Source of the DNA: Pseudoalteromonas tetraodonis | GTDB lineage: Bacteria > Pseudomonadota > Gammaproteobacteria > Enterobacterales > Alteromonadaceae | Length of the DNA: 32,000 nt | Direction of reading: 5' to 3' | Assembly (NCBI RefSeq): GCF_002310835.1 | Contig: NZ_CP011041.1 | Location: 1,110,001-1,142,000, forward strand | Part shown: positions 1 through 8,699 of the stretch, one piece after another | Layout of the letters: the number at the start of each line of letters is the position of its first letter | How positions within the stretch are numbered: the stretch's first letter is position 1 | The notes under the pieces: generated by a model | Database searches by the model: none | Seen by the model: only the letters and a program-made list of their open reading frames with translations | Told to the model about the DNA's origin: nothing | Program-made: the position numbers and the translations under genes

Positions 1-58
1 GCTTTGGCTGGTCAATTCGCCCTGTTGCTGTTGAATACACTAAGTGATTATCACTCAT
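1..58 (-). CDS. yciH: SUI1/YciH-family translation initiation inhibitor, N-terminal fragment (gene runs off left edge)
   Basis: The reverse complement of 2..58 reads ATG AGT GAT AAT CAC TTA GTG TAT TCA ACA GCA ACA GGG CGA ATT GAC CAG CCA AAG, which translates to MSDNHLVYSTATGRIDQPK. This matches the conserved N-terminus I recall for E. coli YciH (MSD..RLVYSTETGRIDEPK). It is open-ended, so it is not in the ORF track. Confidence 0.6.
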   Translation of the reverse strand, partial: MSDNHLVYSTATGRIDQPK

Positions 59-305
59 AATTAACCTATCTAAGATTGAATCTAATATTGGGCTAAATAA
101 TAACAAATTTGTGACGCAAAGGCGTAATTTTTGCGCCTAAGCTGAACACCTTTTAATCCCGCAAAGATAAACATCCTCTGTTTAAGTACCGCAATAGTGC
201 TTATGAATAAAAGTGCTTAAGGATTTTAAAAAGCGCTTTAAATTGGCTAGCGCTATAAAAATATCCATGCTACTATTTCGGCATTATAGATGTATGGATG
301 GCCAA

Positions 306-965
306 ATGATAAATTCTTATTTAGAGCAAGCTCAGCTTAATGTAGAGCAACAGTTAATTAATGCTGAGCTAGAAAAGCTTGAGCAGTACTTAAATAGCAA
401 TGCTGCACCGGCCGTGCGTTGGCAGTATCAAATTCCAGAACTCGGTGAAGGTGGCGCATGTAGTTTATTCGGCTACTTGCAAGATGAGCCGTTTAATTTA
501 AACGATTACGTTAGCCAAAATACGCAAACAACGGCAAAGTTAGCGCAACTTCAGTTGATTGTTGACTATGTAATCGAAAACACCCAGTTAGATTGGTATG
601 GCATCTATCAAAATACGGCCACCCCTGAAGGCGAGCAGTTATTAAAGCTCGCTTATTTTGGTGCACCGAGTCGCCCTTTATTTCCGCTCACCGCTGAATT
701 TGCAACCGGCAGTAATAATGTGCAAGTGGCACTCAGTGGTAAAGGACGTGTCATTAATAATGTTGAGCAATATTTAGCCGCGGGTGGTGAGTATTACACC
801 TGCGATCCGAAAGTAAAAGCAGAGGCCTGTTTACCACTATTTAATGCGCAAAAGCAGTGCATTGGCATTGTCGATGGCGAAGCCTTTAGCACGGATTTTT
901 TTGATAATGCGACACTCGCGTTATTAATTGCATGCTGTATTAAAATTCCTCACTTTTTAGTGTAA
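306..965 (+). CDS. GAF-domain protein, divergent free-Met-(R)-sulfoxide reductase (fRMsr/MsrC)-like fold
   Basis: ORF 213..965. The C-terminal ~160 aa follow the fRMsr-type GAF pattern: DWYGIY, FGAP..PLFPL, GKGRV, YYTCD, EACLPL, IGIVDGEAF. The start is uncertain. Position 213 is GTG with no SD. ATGs occur at 267, 294 and 306, and only 306 has a GGA-type SD (296-298) at suitable spacing. Confidence 0.6.
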   Translation: MINSYLEQAQLNVEQQLINAELEKLEQYLNSNAAPAVRWQYQIPELGEGGACSLFGYLQDEPFNLNDYVSQNTQTTAKLAQLQLIVDYVIENTQLDWYGIYQNTATPEGEQLLKLAYFGAPSRPLFPLTAEFATGSNNVQVALSGKGRVINNVEQYLAAGGEYYTCDPKVKAEACLPLFNAQKQCIGIVDGEAFSTDFFDNATLALLIACCIKIPHFLV

Positions 966-1043
966 ATAACACTGGTCAATCGAGTGAGTTTTTATGTTAA
1001 GCTTAGCGCAACAGCTAACCCCTAAATAACGAAGAGATAGTCA

Positions 1044-2234
1044 ATGTTCTCAGTATTAAAACCATTACCAACAGACCCTATTCTTGGCCTTATGGCGGCC
1101 TATAAGCAAGATACTAACCCTAATAAGATTGACTTAGGGGTTGGTGTATATAAAGACGAGCAGGGGAATACCCCGGTATTAAAGTCAGTAAAAAAAGCAG
1201 AAGCGTTTCGTTTAGAAAATGAAATGAGCAAATCTTACATTGGTCTTGCTGGTAACTTAGATTACTGTCAACAAATGGAAAATCTTCTTCTTGGTGAGCA
1301 CCCGGCATTATTAGCTAATCGCGTACGCACAGCACAAGCACCTGGTGGTACAGGCGCACTTCGTGTTGCAGCAGAATTTATTGTACGTTGTAACCCAGGC
1401 GCTACTGTATGGGTTACTAACCCAACGTGGGCTAACCACATTAGCTTATTTGAAGCTGCAGGCTTAACTGTTAAAGAATACCCATACTACGACTACGAAA
1501 ACAAAGATTTATTGTTTGATGAAATGGTTGAAACATTAACACAGGTGCCTAAGGGCGATGTTGTGTTATTACATGCATGTTGTCACAACCCAAGTGGTAT
1601 GGATTTAAACGAAACACAATGGAATACCATTGCTGAACTTGCAAAAGATGTGGGCTTTACGCCATTGATTGATATTGCATACCAAGGTTTTGGTTCTTCT
1701 TTAGAAGAAGATGCGAATGGTTTACGTATTTTAGCCAATGCGGTTGAAGAGTTGATCATTTGTTCATCATGTTCTAAAAACTTTGGCTTATACCGTGAGC
1801 GTATTGGTGCGTGTTCAATTATTGCAAAAGACAGTGCAACCGCTGATATTTCAAACTCGGTATTATTAAGTGTGGTACGTAGCATTTATTCTATGCCGCC
1901 AGCGCACGGTGCAGACATTGTAAACACCATTTTAAGCAGCACAGAGTTAACGCAGTTATGGCACAGTGAACTTGATGAAATGCGTAACCGTATTAATGGT
2001 TTACGTAGTTTAATTAAAGACAGCCTTGCAGCCAAAGACATTGCTCAAGACTTCTCATTTATAGACCGCCAACACGGTATGTTCTCTTTCTTAGGTATTA
2101 ATAAAGAGCAAATCGAGCGTCTACAAAAAGACTACGGTATTTATATTGTGGGCTCTAGCCGTGTAAACGTGGCGGGAATTAGTCAAGCAAACATCGATTA
2201 CTTTGCTAACGCTGTTGCTGATGTATGTAAGTAA
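1044..2234 (+). CDS. aspC: Aspartate/aromatic amino acid aminotransferase (PLP-dependent, class I)
   Basis: The 396-aa ORF is collinear with E. coli AspC. Shared segments are N-terminal DPILGL, IDLGVGVYKDE.G.TPVL, the PLP-lysine context SCSKNFGLYRERIG, and C-terminal GRVNVAG-like SRVNVAGI. A GAAGAG SD lies upstream. Confidence 0.95.
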   Translation: MFSVLKPLPTDPILGLMAAYKQDTNPNKIDLGVGVYKDEQGNTPVLKSVKKAEAFRLENEMSKSYIGLAGNLDYCQQMENLLLGEHPALLANRVRTAQAPGGTGALRVAAEFIVRCNPGATVWVTNPTWANHISLFEAAGLTVKEYPYYDYENKDLLFDEMVETLTQVPKGDVVLLHACCHNPSGMDLNETQWNTIAELAKDVGFTPLIDIAYQGFGSSLEEDANGLRILANAVEELIICSSCSKNFGLYRERIGACSIIAKDSATADISNSVLLSVVRSIYSMPPAHGADIVNTILSSTELTQLWHSELDEMRNRINGLRSLIKDSLAAKDIAQDFSFIDRQHGMFSFLGINKEQIERLQKDYGIYIVGSSRVNVAGISQANIDYFANAVADVCK

Positions 2235-2263
2235 CCAATAATAAGTTTTAGCTTATTAGCAAT

Positions 2264-2294
2264 AAAAAAACCGCACACTCGTTGCGGTTTTTTT
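2264..2294. terminator. Bidirectional rho-independent terminator between convergent aspC and the anti-sigma gene
   Basis: Sequence is AAAAAAACCGCA-cactcgt-TGCGGTTTTTTT. The stem is 2269-2275 / 2283-2289. An A-run lies 5' and a T-run 3', so it can terminate in both orientations. Confidence 0.8.
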
Positions 2295-2386
2295 ATTGTT
2301 TGTAATACCCATCCCCTTATATCAATCTGCTTAGATATAAGGGAGTTTAACTCGTTAAATTGTTCAAATATTTATACAAATTGGTA

Positions 2387-3139
2387 TTACAGCCAGCGAA
2401 TAGCGCCTGCAATACGTTCATTATACATATCAACCGGTGAGCCTAGGCTTGCTATTAGTACAGTATCAGCTTGTTTTCCTCGGCTTATATGGCCTACGTA
2501 GCGAGAGTCACTAAAGTCACCCGAGCCAATTTCAAAGACTTTGTTATCACTAGGGACAATAAACACGGTCATAGGGCCAAAGTCCGATTCAAACACTAAA
2601 TGGATGCCTTTCTCGCCTTGAAAATCGCAAAAGTTAACATAAGTAACTTTCCCAGGTAAATCATTAAGTTGACCGCCAAGTAAAGCCAGCTTTTCATTGA
2701 CTGTTTGTAAGCTGATAGGTTGAGTTTTATTTAACGCGTTAAGTTCATGATAAACATGCGCCAATGCATGCTCGCCAGCCGCATGATTCAAGTTTTGCTC
2801 TGTGCTAAACATAAACGCACTTACCGCAATCACAAATGAAGCAGCGAACGCCAAATATACACGGTTAAACTTAAAGCGTGAGCGTGAATCAATGACATTG
2901 TCTTTTTGTTCAAGCTCATCTTTTCTGACTTTTTCTTTTAACGAGGTGTTTAAAATAATCCGTTCAGCAAGGTTGTCAGGCACAGGAATATCAAGCGCAT
3001 CATTGAGTTGCTTATCAAATGTTTTGTTTTCATTTAAAAATTGTTGTCTATCGGGACTGCTGTTTGCAAATTCCAGTAGTTCTTTGTCTAGCTCGTTTGG
3101 CTGTGCAATCGTGCGGCGACGAAACTCAAGTTCATCCAT
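2387..3139 (-). CDS. DUF3379-type membrane anti-sigma factor
   Basis: The N-terminus MDELEFRRRTIAQPNELD is typical of DUF3379 / zf-HC2-like anti-sigma N-termini. There is a single central TM segment (VYLAFAASFVIAVSAFMF). Its start codon overlaps the stop of the upstream ECF sigma gene by 1 nt (TAATG at 3139). Confidence 0.75.
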   Translation of the reverse strand: MDELEFRRRTIAQPNELDKELLEFANSSPDRQQFLNENKTFDKQLNDALDIPVPDNLAERIILNTSLKEKVRKDELEQKDNVIDSRSRFKFNRVYLAFAASFVIAVSAFMFSTEQNLNHAAGEHALAHVYHELNALNKTQPISLQTVNEKLALLGGQLNDLPGKVTYVNFCDFQGEKGIHLVFESDFGPMTVFIVPSDNKVFEIGSGDFSDSRYVGHISRGKQADTVLIASLGSPVDMYNERIAGAIRWL

Positions 3140-3702
3140 TATTTTGATGCCCCTTTAAGTTGTTCATCATCACGGCTTAGTGCCTCTTTAAGTTGATTTT
3201 TTGCTCGAAATAAACGTGTCATAACCGTATTTTTGTTTAAATCGAGTATGTCTGCAATTTCATCCCCAGAGCAGCCCATAACCACTTGTAATAGTAGCGG
3301 CTCTTTGTATTCATCGGCCAACAACGAAATTTGCCGTTGAATAACGGTTTGCTCCATTTCATCATCTAAAGAATGACTGGTTTGATCCACTAGCGTGTCG
3401 TTGTCTACATCACTGTAATCAAATTGCTTGCGCTCAAAGCGCCTTGCATTTTCACGTCTTAAAATTGTTAGCAACCATGGCTTAGCTGCTTTTTGATCGA
3501 GTAACGAGTCAAGCGAGCGCCAAGCACGTAAAAAGGTTTCTTGCACTAAGTCATCTGCAATATTCGGATCGTTACATAACCAGTAAGCGAAGCGATAGAG
3601 TTCCTTATGATAAACGTGAACCAGGGCTTCGTAGCGTTGTTGTTTTTCAGCCATATTTAATAAGACCCGATCATTCGATTTTTTATTTCCAAACATAAGC
3701 AC
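3139..3702 (-). CDS. ECF-type RNA polymerase sigma-70 family factor
   Basis: Region 2 is present (LYRFAYWLCNDPNIADDLVQETFLRAW). Region 4 HTH is present (EYKEPLLLQVVMGCSGDEIADILDLNKNTVMTRLFRAKNQLK). The start is uncertain: GTG at 3702, ATG at 3696, or ATG at 3654. Confidence 0.9.
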   Translation of the reverse strand: MLMFGNKKSNDRVLLNMAEKQQRYEALVHVYHKELYRFAYWLCNDPNIADDLVQETFLRAWRSLDSLLDQKAAKPWLLTILRRENARRFERKQFDYSDVDNDTLVDQTSHSLDDEMEQTVIQRQISLLADEYKEPLLLQVVMGCSGDEIADILDLNKNTVMTRLFRAKNQLKEALSRDDEQLKGASK

Positions 3703-3750
3703 TTTTTAATTAAAATTATTATAGGCCAAAAAAGCAAAATACAATTGAGA

Positions 3751-5397
3751 TCAAGAATACAGCTCTTTTAACGCAGGTGATGATGGCTTAGCTGTTTGCG
3801 ATTGATGTGCCTTTAACATGCTAACTATAGCGTCTAAGTTGGCGCTAGCCGTTTGCTTACTGTACAACTGTGCTTGTAAATCGTTTACCTGCGCGGTGAA
3901 CTCTGAGTTGTTTATCATAGCGCATAAATGGGATAAGGCCCCTACCTTTTTACCTGTAAGGGTTAGTGCATACTGATTAAGCGCATCGTAAAATGCTTTT
4001 TCGTCATGGCTTTTAGCTAATACCAGCAGGGCTTTTAAAGATGGTTGTTGATTTGTTTTATTAGTTGTTTGAGCCGCTTGTTGCACTTCTTTAGCTGGGC
4101 GTTTAATAAAGTAAAAAATCACCGTCGCAATCCATAAAACATAACCAAGCGAGGCCACAATAATTAGCCACAGTGGTGTGACAGTTTGCTGTTGCACTGT
4201 AACTGCTTGCTCCGTTGACTCTGCCATAGTGTTATTTAGGTTGTTTTCAGCTGGCGGATTAAGCGTTTGCACTGGCGCTGTTGTACTGGGGGTTACTGTA
4301 ATAGTACGCTCAGGTAAGGTCGCGTAACTAATTCGATTCATTTTGGTGTTATACCAAGGCAAGCTAATTTCAGGTAATGTGTAAGTGCCAGGTGTTTGTG
4401 GCAGTAGCGCATACGAGGCGCTTTGCTGCGATACCACTCGACCATCACGTACCGCATTATTGGTTTCTTTTTCATCAGGGTAGCTGCGAATACCATTAAT
4501 AGTAGGCATATCAATTTCGGGTAACTGCTCTTTAGTCACCCCTAGCGCGGTGAGCATAATTGTACGTGTTATCGGCGTGCCGGCTTCAACGGTATTATCC
4601 TCTGGCTGCCATTGCTCGGTTAAGCTCACCAGTTCACTGGGTAACCAGTCTCCTTGATAGTTTTCAGGGATAGGTTTAATTTCAATTTGCTGCTCATCGC
4701 CAAGCGCTGACACTTCCAATTGACGATAGTTTTGCTGAATACGCCCCTGAAAAACGGGAGCTGCAATAGTGTAGGCGCCACTTTTTTGGGGCTGAATTAA
4801 ATAATTACGGGTGATCACTAAATAACGTTTACCGTTAACCAGTTCATAATCTTCGCTTTGTTTACCGAGTTGGGTAAGTTGTGCATTTTCCATACTTGGC
4901 GCACTTAAGCTGCCATCAAGAAGCTCTTTGGCTAAGTAAAGCTTAATGGTGTAAACGCCAGCCTCTTGTACAAATAAGCTGTTGTTTGAGAGTGAGGTTT
5001 TTAAAAATATATCGTTATTTTTATCTGCGTCGCTGCTGCGCTCTTTAACCGATAAACTAATTGGTTGCGAGTTTAGCCCTGCAACACTAAAACTGGGAAT
5101 GGTGTATTCACCCGCCTTGCGGGTCATTAGTTTAACAGACCAAGAGGTTTGTTTTTTTATACTGCCATTAATAATGTTAGTGCGGCTACTTAAGCTCATA
5201 GGGCCGACTACAAAATCTTTTAATAATGCTGAGGTGTCGGGTTGTTGCCCTTTTATTGAATCATCAATGCTAATATTAAGCATAAAAAATTCACCCGCTA
5301 ATACTGGGTTTTTATCAACGCTTGCCTCCAAAGTGGTGGCGGCCATTAATGGCATGGCAGTTAATAGCAATAAACAGCAAAATAATCGCATTACCAT
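3751..5397 (-). CDS. batD: BatD-family (oxygen-tolerance) envelope protein
   Basis: It has a signal peptide (MRLFCCLLLLTAMPLMAATT). A long beta-rich ectodomain follows, then a single C-terminal TM (LWLIIVASLGYVLWIATVIFYFI) and a cytoplasmic tail. It sits last in the moxR-DUF58-VWA operon. Its start overlaps the upstream stop (ATGGTAATG, 5389-5397). Confidence 0.75.
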   Translation of the reverse strand: MVMRLFCCLLLLTAMPLMAATTLEASVDKNPVLAGEFFMLNISIDDSIKGQQPDTSALLKDFVVGPMSLSSRTNIINGSIKKQTSWSVKLMTRKAGEYTIPSFSVAGLNSQPISLSVKERSSDADKNNDIFLKTSLSNNSLFVQEAGVYTIKLYLAKELLDGSLSAPSMENAQLTQLGKQSEDYELVNGKRYLVITRNYLIQPQKSGAYTIAAPVFQGRIQQNYRQLEVSALGDEQQIEIKPIPENYQGDWLPSELVSLTEQWQPEDNTVEAGTPITRTIMLTALGVTKEQLPEIDMPTINGIRSYPDEKETNNAVRDGRVVSQQSASYALLPQTPGTYTLPEISLPWYNTKMNRISYATLPERTITVTPSTTAPVQTLNPPAENNLNNTMAESTEQAVTVQQQTVTPLWLIIVASLGYVLWIATVIFYFIKRPAKEVQQAAQTTNKTNQQPSLKALLVLAKSHDEKAFYDALNQYALTLTGKKVGALSHLCAMINNSEFTAQVNDLQAQLYSKQTASANLDAIVSMLKAHQSQTAKPSSPALKELYS

Positions 5398-7286
5398 GAT
5401 TTTTCTACTCCTGTTGGACGACGTTGATATTGTCTTTTTTGGGCTTCTAATTGCATTTTGTTTCTTAATAAAATAGCGGGATCGTCGGGCACTTTTCTTA
5501 ATAACTGATTTAGTTGCTGTGCTTTTTCTTTTTCTTCATTAGTGAGCTCAGCGGCTTGTGCCTGCATGGCTTGTTGCTGTGCCTGCTGTTTTTGCTCATC
5601 AGAGGGCGGTTGCTCACTCATTTCATTAGGTTGATTTTGCGGCTCATCTTGCTGCGGTTTATTCTCGTCTTTATTTTCATTTTGTTGGCTTTGTGACTGA
5701 GCTTGCATGTCAGGCTCATTCTGTTTGTCTGATTGCTCACCAGATTGGCCTTGTTGATCTTTTGATTGTTCCGAGGACTGATCTGATTGCTGTTGTTCAC
5801 TGTTTTGGCTGTCCTCTTCGCTTTTATCTGCGCTGTTTTTCTCGCCATTTTTTTGCTGATCTTGTTTTGATTTATCTGCATCATCTTGACTTTGCTCATC
5901 TTGATTTTGCGAATCATTGCCTTGCTGATTTTCTTGGTCTTGCTGTTGATTCAGTAACTGCTCAACAAGCGCTTGATTCTCAGCGGCTTCACTAAAGTTA
6001 TCTTGCTTTACTTGCGCTTGTTTATACGCGTCAATGGCAGCCTCTAATTGTCCTGCTTTAGCCAAGGCGTTGCCATAGTTATAATAACCGGTTGCTGACT
6101 TATCTTGGCTAAACTCATTCAAGGCAGCATCAAATTGCCCTTGCTGATAAAGTGCAGCCCCTTTGAGAGCGCTTGAGCGAGCCTGAGCTGCTTGTTGATA
6201 CTCTTTGTTGTTGTATGCCTCTAATGCCCGTTGATCCGTATTTTTAAACAGGGTTGGCAGCTCTGCGGCATGCGCATTTTGTTGAGGTAAAAAGCTAAGT
6301 AATAGTACTGCGCTAACTAATGCAGATCGTCTAAATAAATACAAAGCTAAAGGCAGTAAAATAAGCAAACCATAAATACCGGCGTCAATTCGCCATAAGG
6401 CTAAATTTGGTTTTTCACTTTTTAATACTTCACTGTTTGCTTGCGGTGAAAAAACGGCAATATCGCGATTGCTTGGCTGATAATCGGCAAACTGCCCACC
6501 GCTATTTTTTGCAAGTCCTTCAAGTAAAGATGCATTGAGGGTTGGCACCACAATTTGACCATAATTATCTTTTAAAAACCCGCCTTCAGGTAACTTTATA
6601 GGGGCTCCTTGTGCGGTGCCTACGCCGTAAATATTAAGTCGATATTGACTACTGTTGGTAAAACGGCTTACATCGCTTTGCTGTTGTTGCTCAATACCAT
6701 CGGTGATCAAAATAATATCGCCATCGAGGTAGCCGGCTTGGCTTAGTAGCTCTTGTGCCATATCTAAGCCAGCGAGTACGTTTGAGCCTTTATCTGGCAT
6801 AATTTCAGGGCTTAAACTAGGAATAAGGTTGGCAAGAGTCTTAGCGTCGTTGGTCAGTGGTGAAATGGTATAGGCAGTGCCTGCGTAAGCCACTAACGCG
6901 GTATCGCCTTCTTTGAATAGCTCAACCATATCGAGGGCTTTAAAACGTGATTGCATTAATCGATTGGGAGCAATGTCGGTGCTATACATAGAGTAGGACA
7001 TATCCATGACAATAACGCGGGCACTTTTACTTTGAAACACGGGTACTTGTTTCTCTTCAAAGCTTGGCCCTGCACTAAATATAATCGCTAAATTGCAAAA
7101 TAACGCAACCAGCCACAGCGGCTGGCGAGCTTTATTATTTGATTCACTCATTACAAATGGTGCCAAATGCGGCGCAATAAGTGGCGCTGACTGGGTTTTT
7201 TTATGTTTTAGTAAGGCGATAAAAAATAACCCTGAGGCAGGGAGTAACAGCCATAAAATAGCAGGACGAATAAATTCAAAATCCAT
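5391..7286 (-). CDS. batB: VWA-domain plus TPR protein (BatB/BatC-like fusion) with long acidic/Gln-rich low-complexity tract
   Basis: Two N-terminal TM segments are followed by a VWA domain with MIDAS DxSxS (VIVMDMSYS, 6990-7004). More TM segments follow, then TPR-like repeats (YNNKEYQQAAQA., ALYQQGQFDAALNEF, YNYGNALAKAGQLEAAIDAYKQA). After that come a ~140-aa Q/E/D/N/S/K tract and a basic C-terminus. Confidence 0.85.
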   Translation of the reverse strand: MDFEFIRPAILWLLLPASGLFFIALLKHKKTQSAPLIAPHLAPFVMSESNNKARQPLWLVALFCNLAIIFSAGPSFEEKQVPVFQSKSARVIVMDMSYSMYSTDIAPNRLMQSRFKALDMVELFKEGDTALVAYAGTAYTISPLTNDAKTLANLIPSLSPEIMPDKGSNVLAGLDMAQELLSQAGYLDGDIILITDGIEQQQQSDVSRFTNSSQYRLNIYGVGTAQGAPIKLPEGGFLKDNYGQIVVPTLNASLLEGLAKNSGGQFADYQPSNRDIAVFSPQANSEVLKSEKPNLALWRIDAGIYGLLILLPLALYLFRRSALVSAVLLLSFLPQQNAHAAELPTLFKNTDQRALEAYNNKEYQQAAQARSSALKGAALYQQGQFDAALNEFSQDKSATGYYNYGNALAKAGQLEAAIDAYKQAQVKQDNFSEAAENQALVEQLLNQQQDQENQQGNDSQNQDEQSQDDADKSKQDQQKNGEKNSADKSEEDSQNSEQQQSDQSSEQSKDQQGQSGEQSDKQNEPDMQAQSQSQQNENKDENKPQQDEPQNQPNEMSEQPPSDEQKQQAQQQAMQAQAAELTNEEKEKAQQLNQLLRKVPDDPAILLRNKMQLEAQKRQYQRRPTGVEKSW

Positions 7287-8269
7287 TAGTTCGGCTCCTT
7301 CATTGCGCGCACCGTTTTTATCAATGCCATTGCACTTATGAGTAAAATGGCCAGTAATAACGGATAATAGAACAAGGCTGTTTGTGGGCGAAAGGTTTGC
7401 TCATCGGCACTAATTGGTTCAAGCTTATCAAGCTCAGCGTAAATCTGTTGCAGGCCAGCGACATCTTTTGCTCTAAAATACAGACCGCCTGTTTGCTCAG
7501 CAATTTTTTTCAATAAGCCCTCATCTAGGTTACTGCCCCCAGAGCCCATATTAAATAAACTAAAGCCGCGCGGGTTATCTGAACCGACTCCGATGGTGTA
7601 CACTTTTATACCTTCTTCACGGGCAAGTAACAGTGCATCTTCTGGGTTTAAATTTCCCGCGGTGTTTTGTCCATCTGTAAGCAACACCACAATACGGTTA
7701 CTTTCTTTTTTACTGGCAAAGCGTTTTACCGATAAACCTAAAGCGTCACCAATCGCCGTGGCGCGTCCTACTAAACCAATTTGCGCCTCAGAGAGCATTT
7801 TACTGACGGTTTTCACATCACGCGTCAATGGGGTTTGTAAAAAAGCGGTATCACCAAACAATATAAGGCCGAGTCTGTCGCCTTGGCGCTGCTCTATAAA
7901 GTCACTTAGCACTGCTTTAACCATGGTTAAACGGTCAACATATTGGCCATTGTAAGCCATGTCTTGTTCGGTCATTGACCCTGACAAATCCACAGCGAGC
8001 ATTATATCGCGGCCTTCGTTGGGTAGCGATATGGGCTCATCTAACCACGTTGGATTTGCTGATGCGGTCACTAATAATAACCATAGCAACCACTCGATAA
8101 TATTCAATTTACGCGCACTTGGCTCTATGCTTTGATTGCTTAAATTATGTGATGCAAAACTTGGAATGCGCAGACGCGTGTTGGCATCATTGGCGGCGGG
8201 TTTTAATAGTAACAATACTAAAGGCAGCGGCAGTAATAAAAACAGCCATGGCCAGCTAAATTCAAACAT
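7286..8269 (-). CDS. batA: VWA-domain membrane protein (BatA-like)
   Basis: The N-terminus MFEFSWPWLFLLLPLPLVLLLL is characteristic of BatA. The MIDAS motif is DLSGS (MLAVDLSGSM). There is a C-terminal TM. It has a TAATG overlap with the next gene at 7286. Confidence 0.85.
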   Translation of the reverse strand: MFEFSWPWLFLLLPLPLVLLLLKPAANDANTRLRIPSFASHNLSNQSIEPSARKLNIIEWLLWLLLVTASANPTWLDEPISLPNEGRDIMLAVDLSGSMTEQDMAYNGQYVDRLTMVKAVLSDFIEQRQGDRLGLILFGDTAFLQTPLTRDVKTVSKMLSEAQIGLVGRATAIGDALGLSVKRFASKKESNRIVVLLTDGQNTAGNLNPEDALLLAREEGIKVYTIGVGSDNPRGFSLFNMGSGGSNLDEGLLKKIAEQTGGLYFRAKDVAGLQQIYAELDKLEPISADEQTFRPQTALFYYPLLLAILLISAMALIKTVRAMKEPN

Positions 8270-8696
8270 GCAGCGGCTCCTTTAGTTTAAATTGTTTAAT
8301 GGCTTGGCGAAATTTATCACTGAGGGCTGCCTGTGTTTGATTAGCGTTATATAGGCTTAAAATTTCTTCTTCTGTAAAGCCAATAGCTGAAAGTTGGTTT
8401 AATGTGTTGCACCAATGCGTTGTTGATTGCGCGGCCAAACGCGGATCGTAATAGGTGATCACTAAACGCTTTAAAATGACATGTAATTGCTGCGCTGACT
8501 GTTGTTGATTAGCTAATGCAATGGCATCACGTTTTGGCTTTTTAAAGCGATAATTTTTATAAATTATGACAATTAAGCTACACAATAAACACACAGCAAT
8601 TGCAATAACAACCCACCAAGCAGGAGCGAGTGGCCACCAGTCGACTTGGGTGGGAGCAATAATATCGTGTAGACCATCAAGTGGAGAGGTTTGCAT
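8262..8696 (-). CDS. DUF4381-like small membrane protein
   Basis: This is a 144-aa ORF with one TM (WWVVIAIAVCLLCSLIVIIY) preceded by the WWPLAPGWW-like motif DWWPLAPAWW. It lies between the DUF58 and BatA genes, as in Bat/MoxR operons. It has an 8-nt overlap with batA (ATGTTTGA). Confidence 0.7.
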   Translation of the reverse strand: MQTSPLDGLHDIIAPTQVDWWPLAPAWWVVIAIAVCLLCSLIVIIYKNYRFKKPKRDAIALANQQQSAQQLHVILKRLVITYYDPRLAAQSTTHWCNTLNQLSAIGFTEEEILSLYNANQTQAALSDKFRQAIKQFKLKEPLHV

Positions 8697-8699
8697 GAT

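Noticed and set aside
213-305. N-terminal extension of the GAF ORF from the GTG at 213 (MLKDFKKRFKLASAIKISMLLFRHYRC...)
   Set aside because: There is no SD before 213, 267 or 294. The extension is basic and hydrophobic junk-like and contains upstream palindromes that look regulatory. The ATG at 306 has a GGA-type SD. The start remains uncertain.
2314-2343. 10-bp hairpin CCCTTATATC-aatctgctta-GATATAAGGG downstream of the anti-sigma gene
   Set aside because: No U-tract follows on either strand, and the strong bidirectional terminator at 2264-2294 is adjacent. It may be a protein-binding site or an RNA stabiliser, but I cannot support a specific call.
2802-3158. 118-aa Ser-rich + strand ORF antisense to the anti-sigma gene, and similar antisense ORFs at 4982-5476, 7093-7341, 7593-7955, 8566-8865, 9284-9584, 12976-13290, 13723-13947, 16199-16807 and 29305-29499
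   Set aside because: Each is fully embedded opposite a gene with strong family-level motifs. None has a recognisable domain or an SD. These are typical shadow ORFs.
3703-3850. Search for an ECF-type (GGAAC..N16-17..CGT/TCTGA-like) autoregulated promoter upstream of the sigma gene
   Set aside because: Only a weak CAACTT..N16..ATGTT match inside the batD 3' end and a lone TATAAT (3718-3723, minus strand) were found. Neither is convincing enough to annotate.
5514-5995. Three ORFs (5514-5696 +, 5618-5917 -, 5693-5995 +) overlapping the batB/C gene
   Set aside because: All lie in the Gln/Glu/Asp-rich low-complexity tract. Their translations are low-complexity L/F/I or K/N/R strings produced by compositional bias. 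The real frame is the 631-aa VWA-TPR protein.
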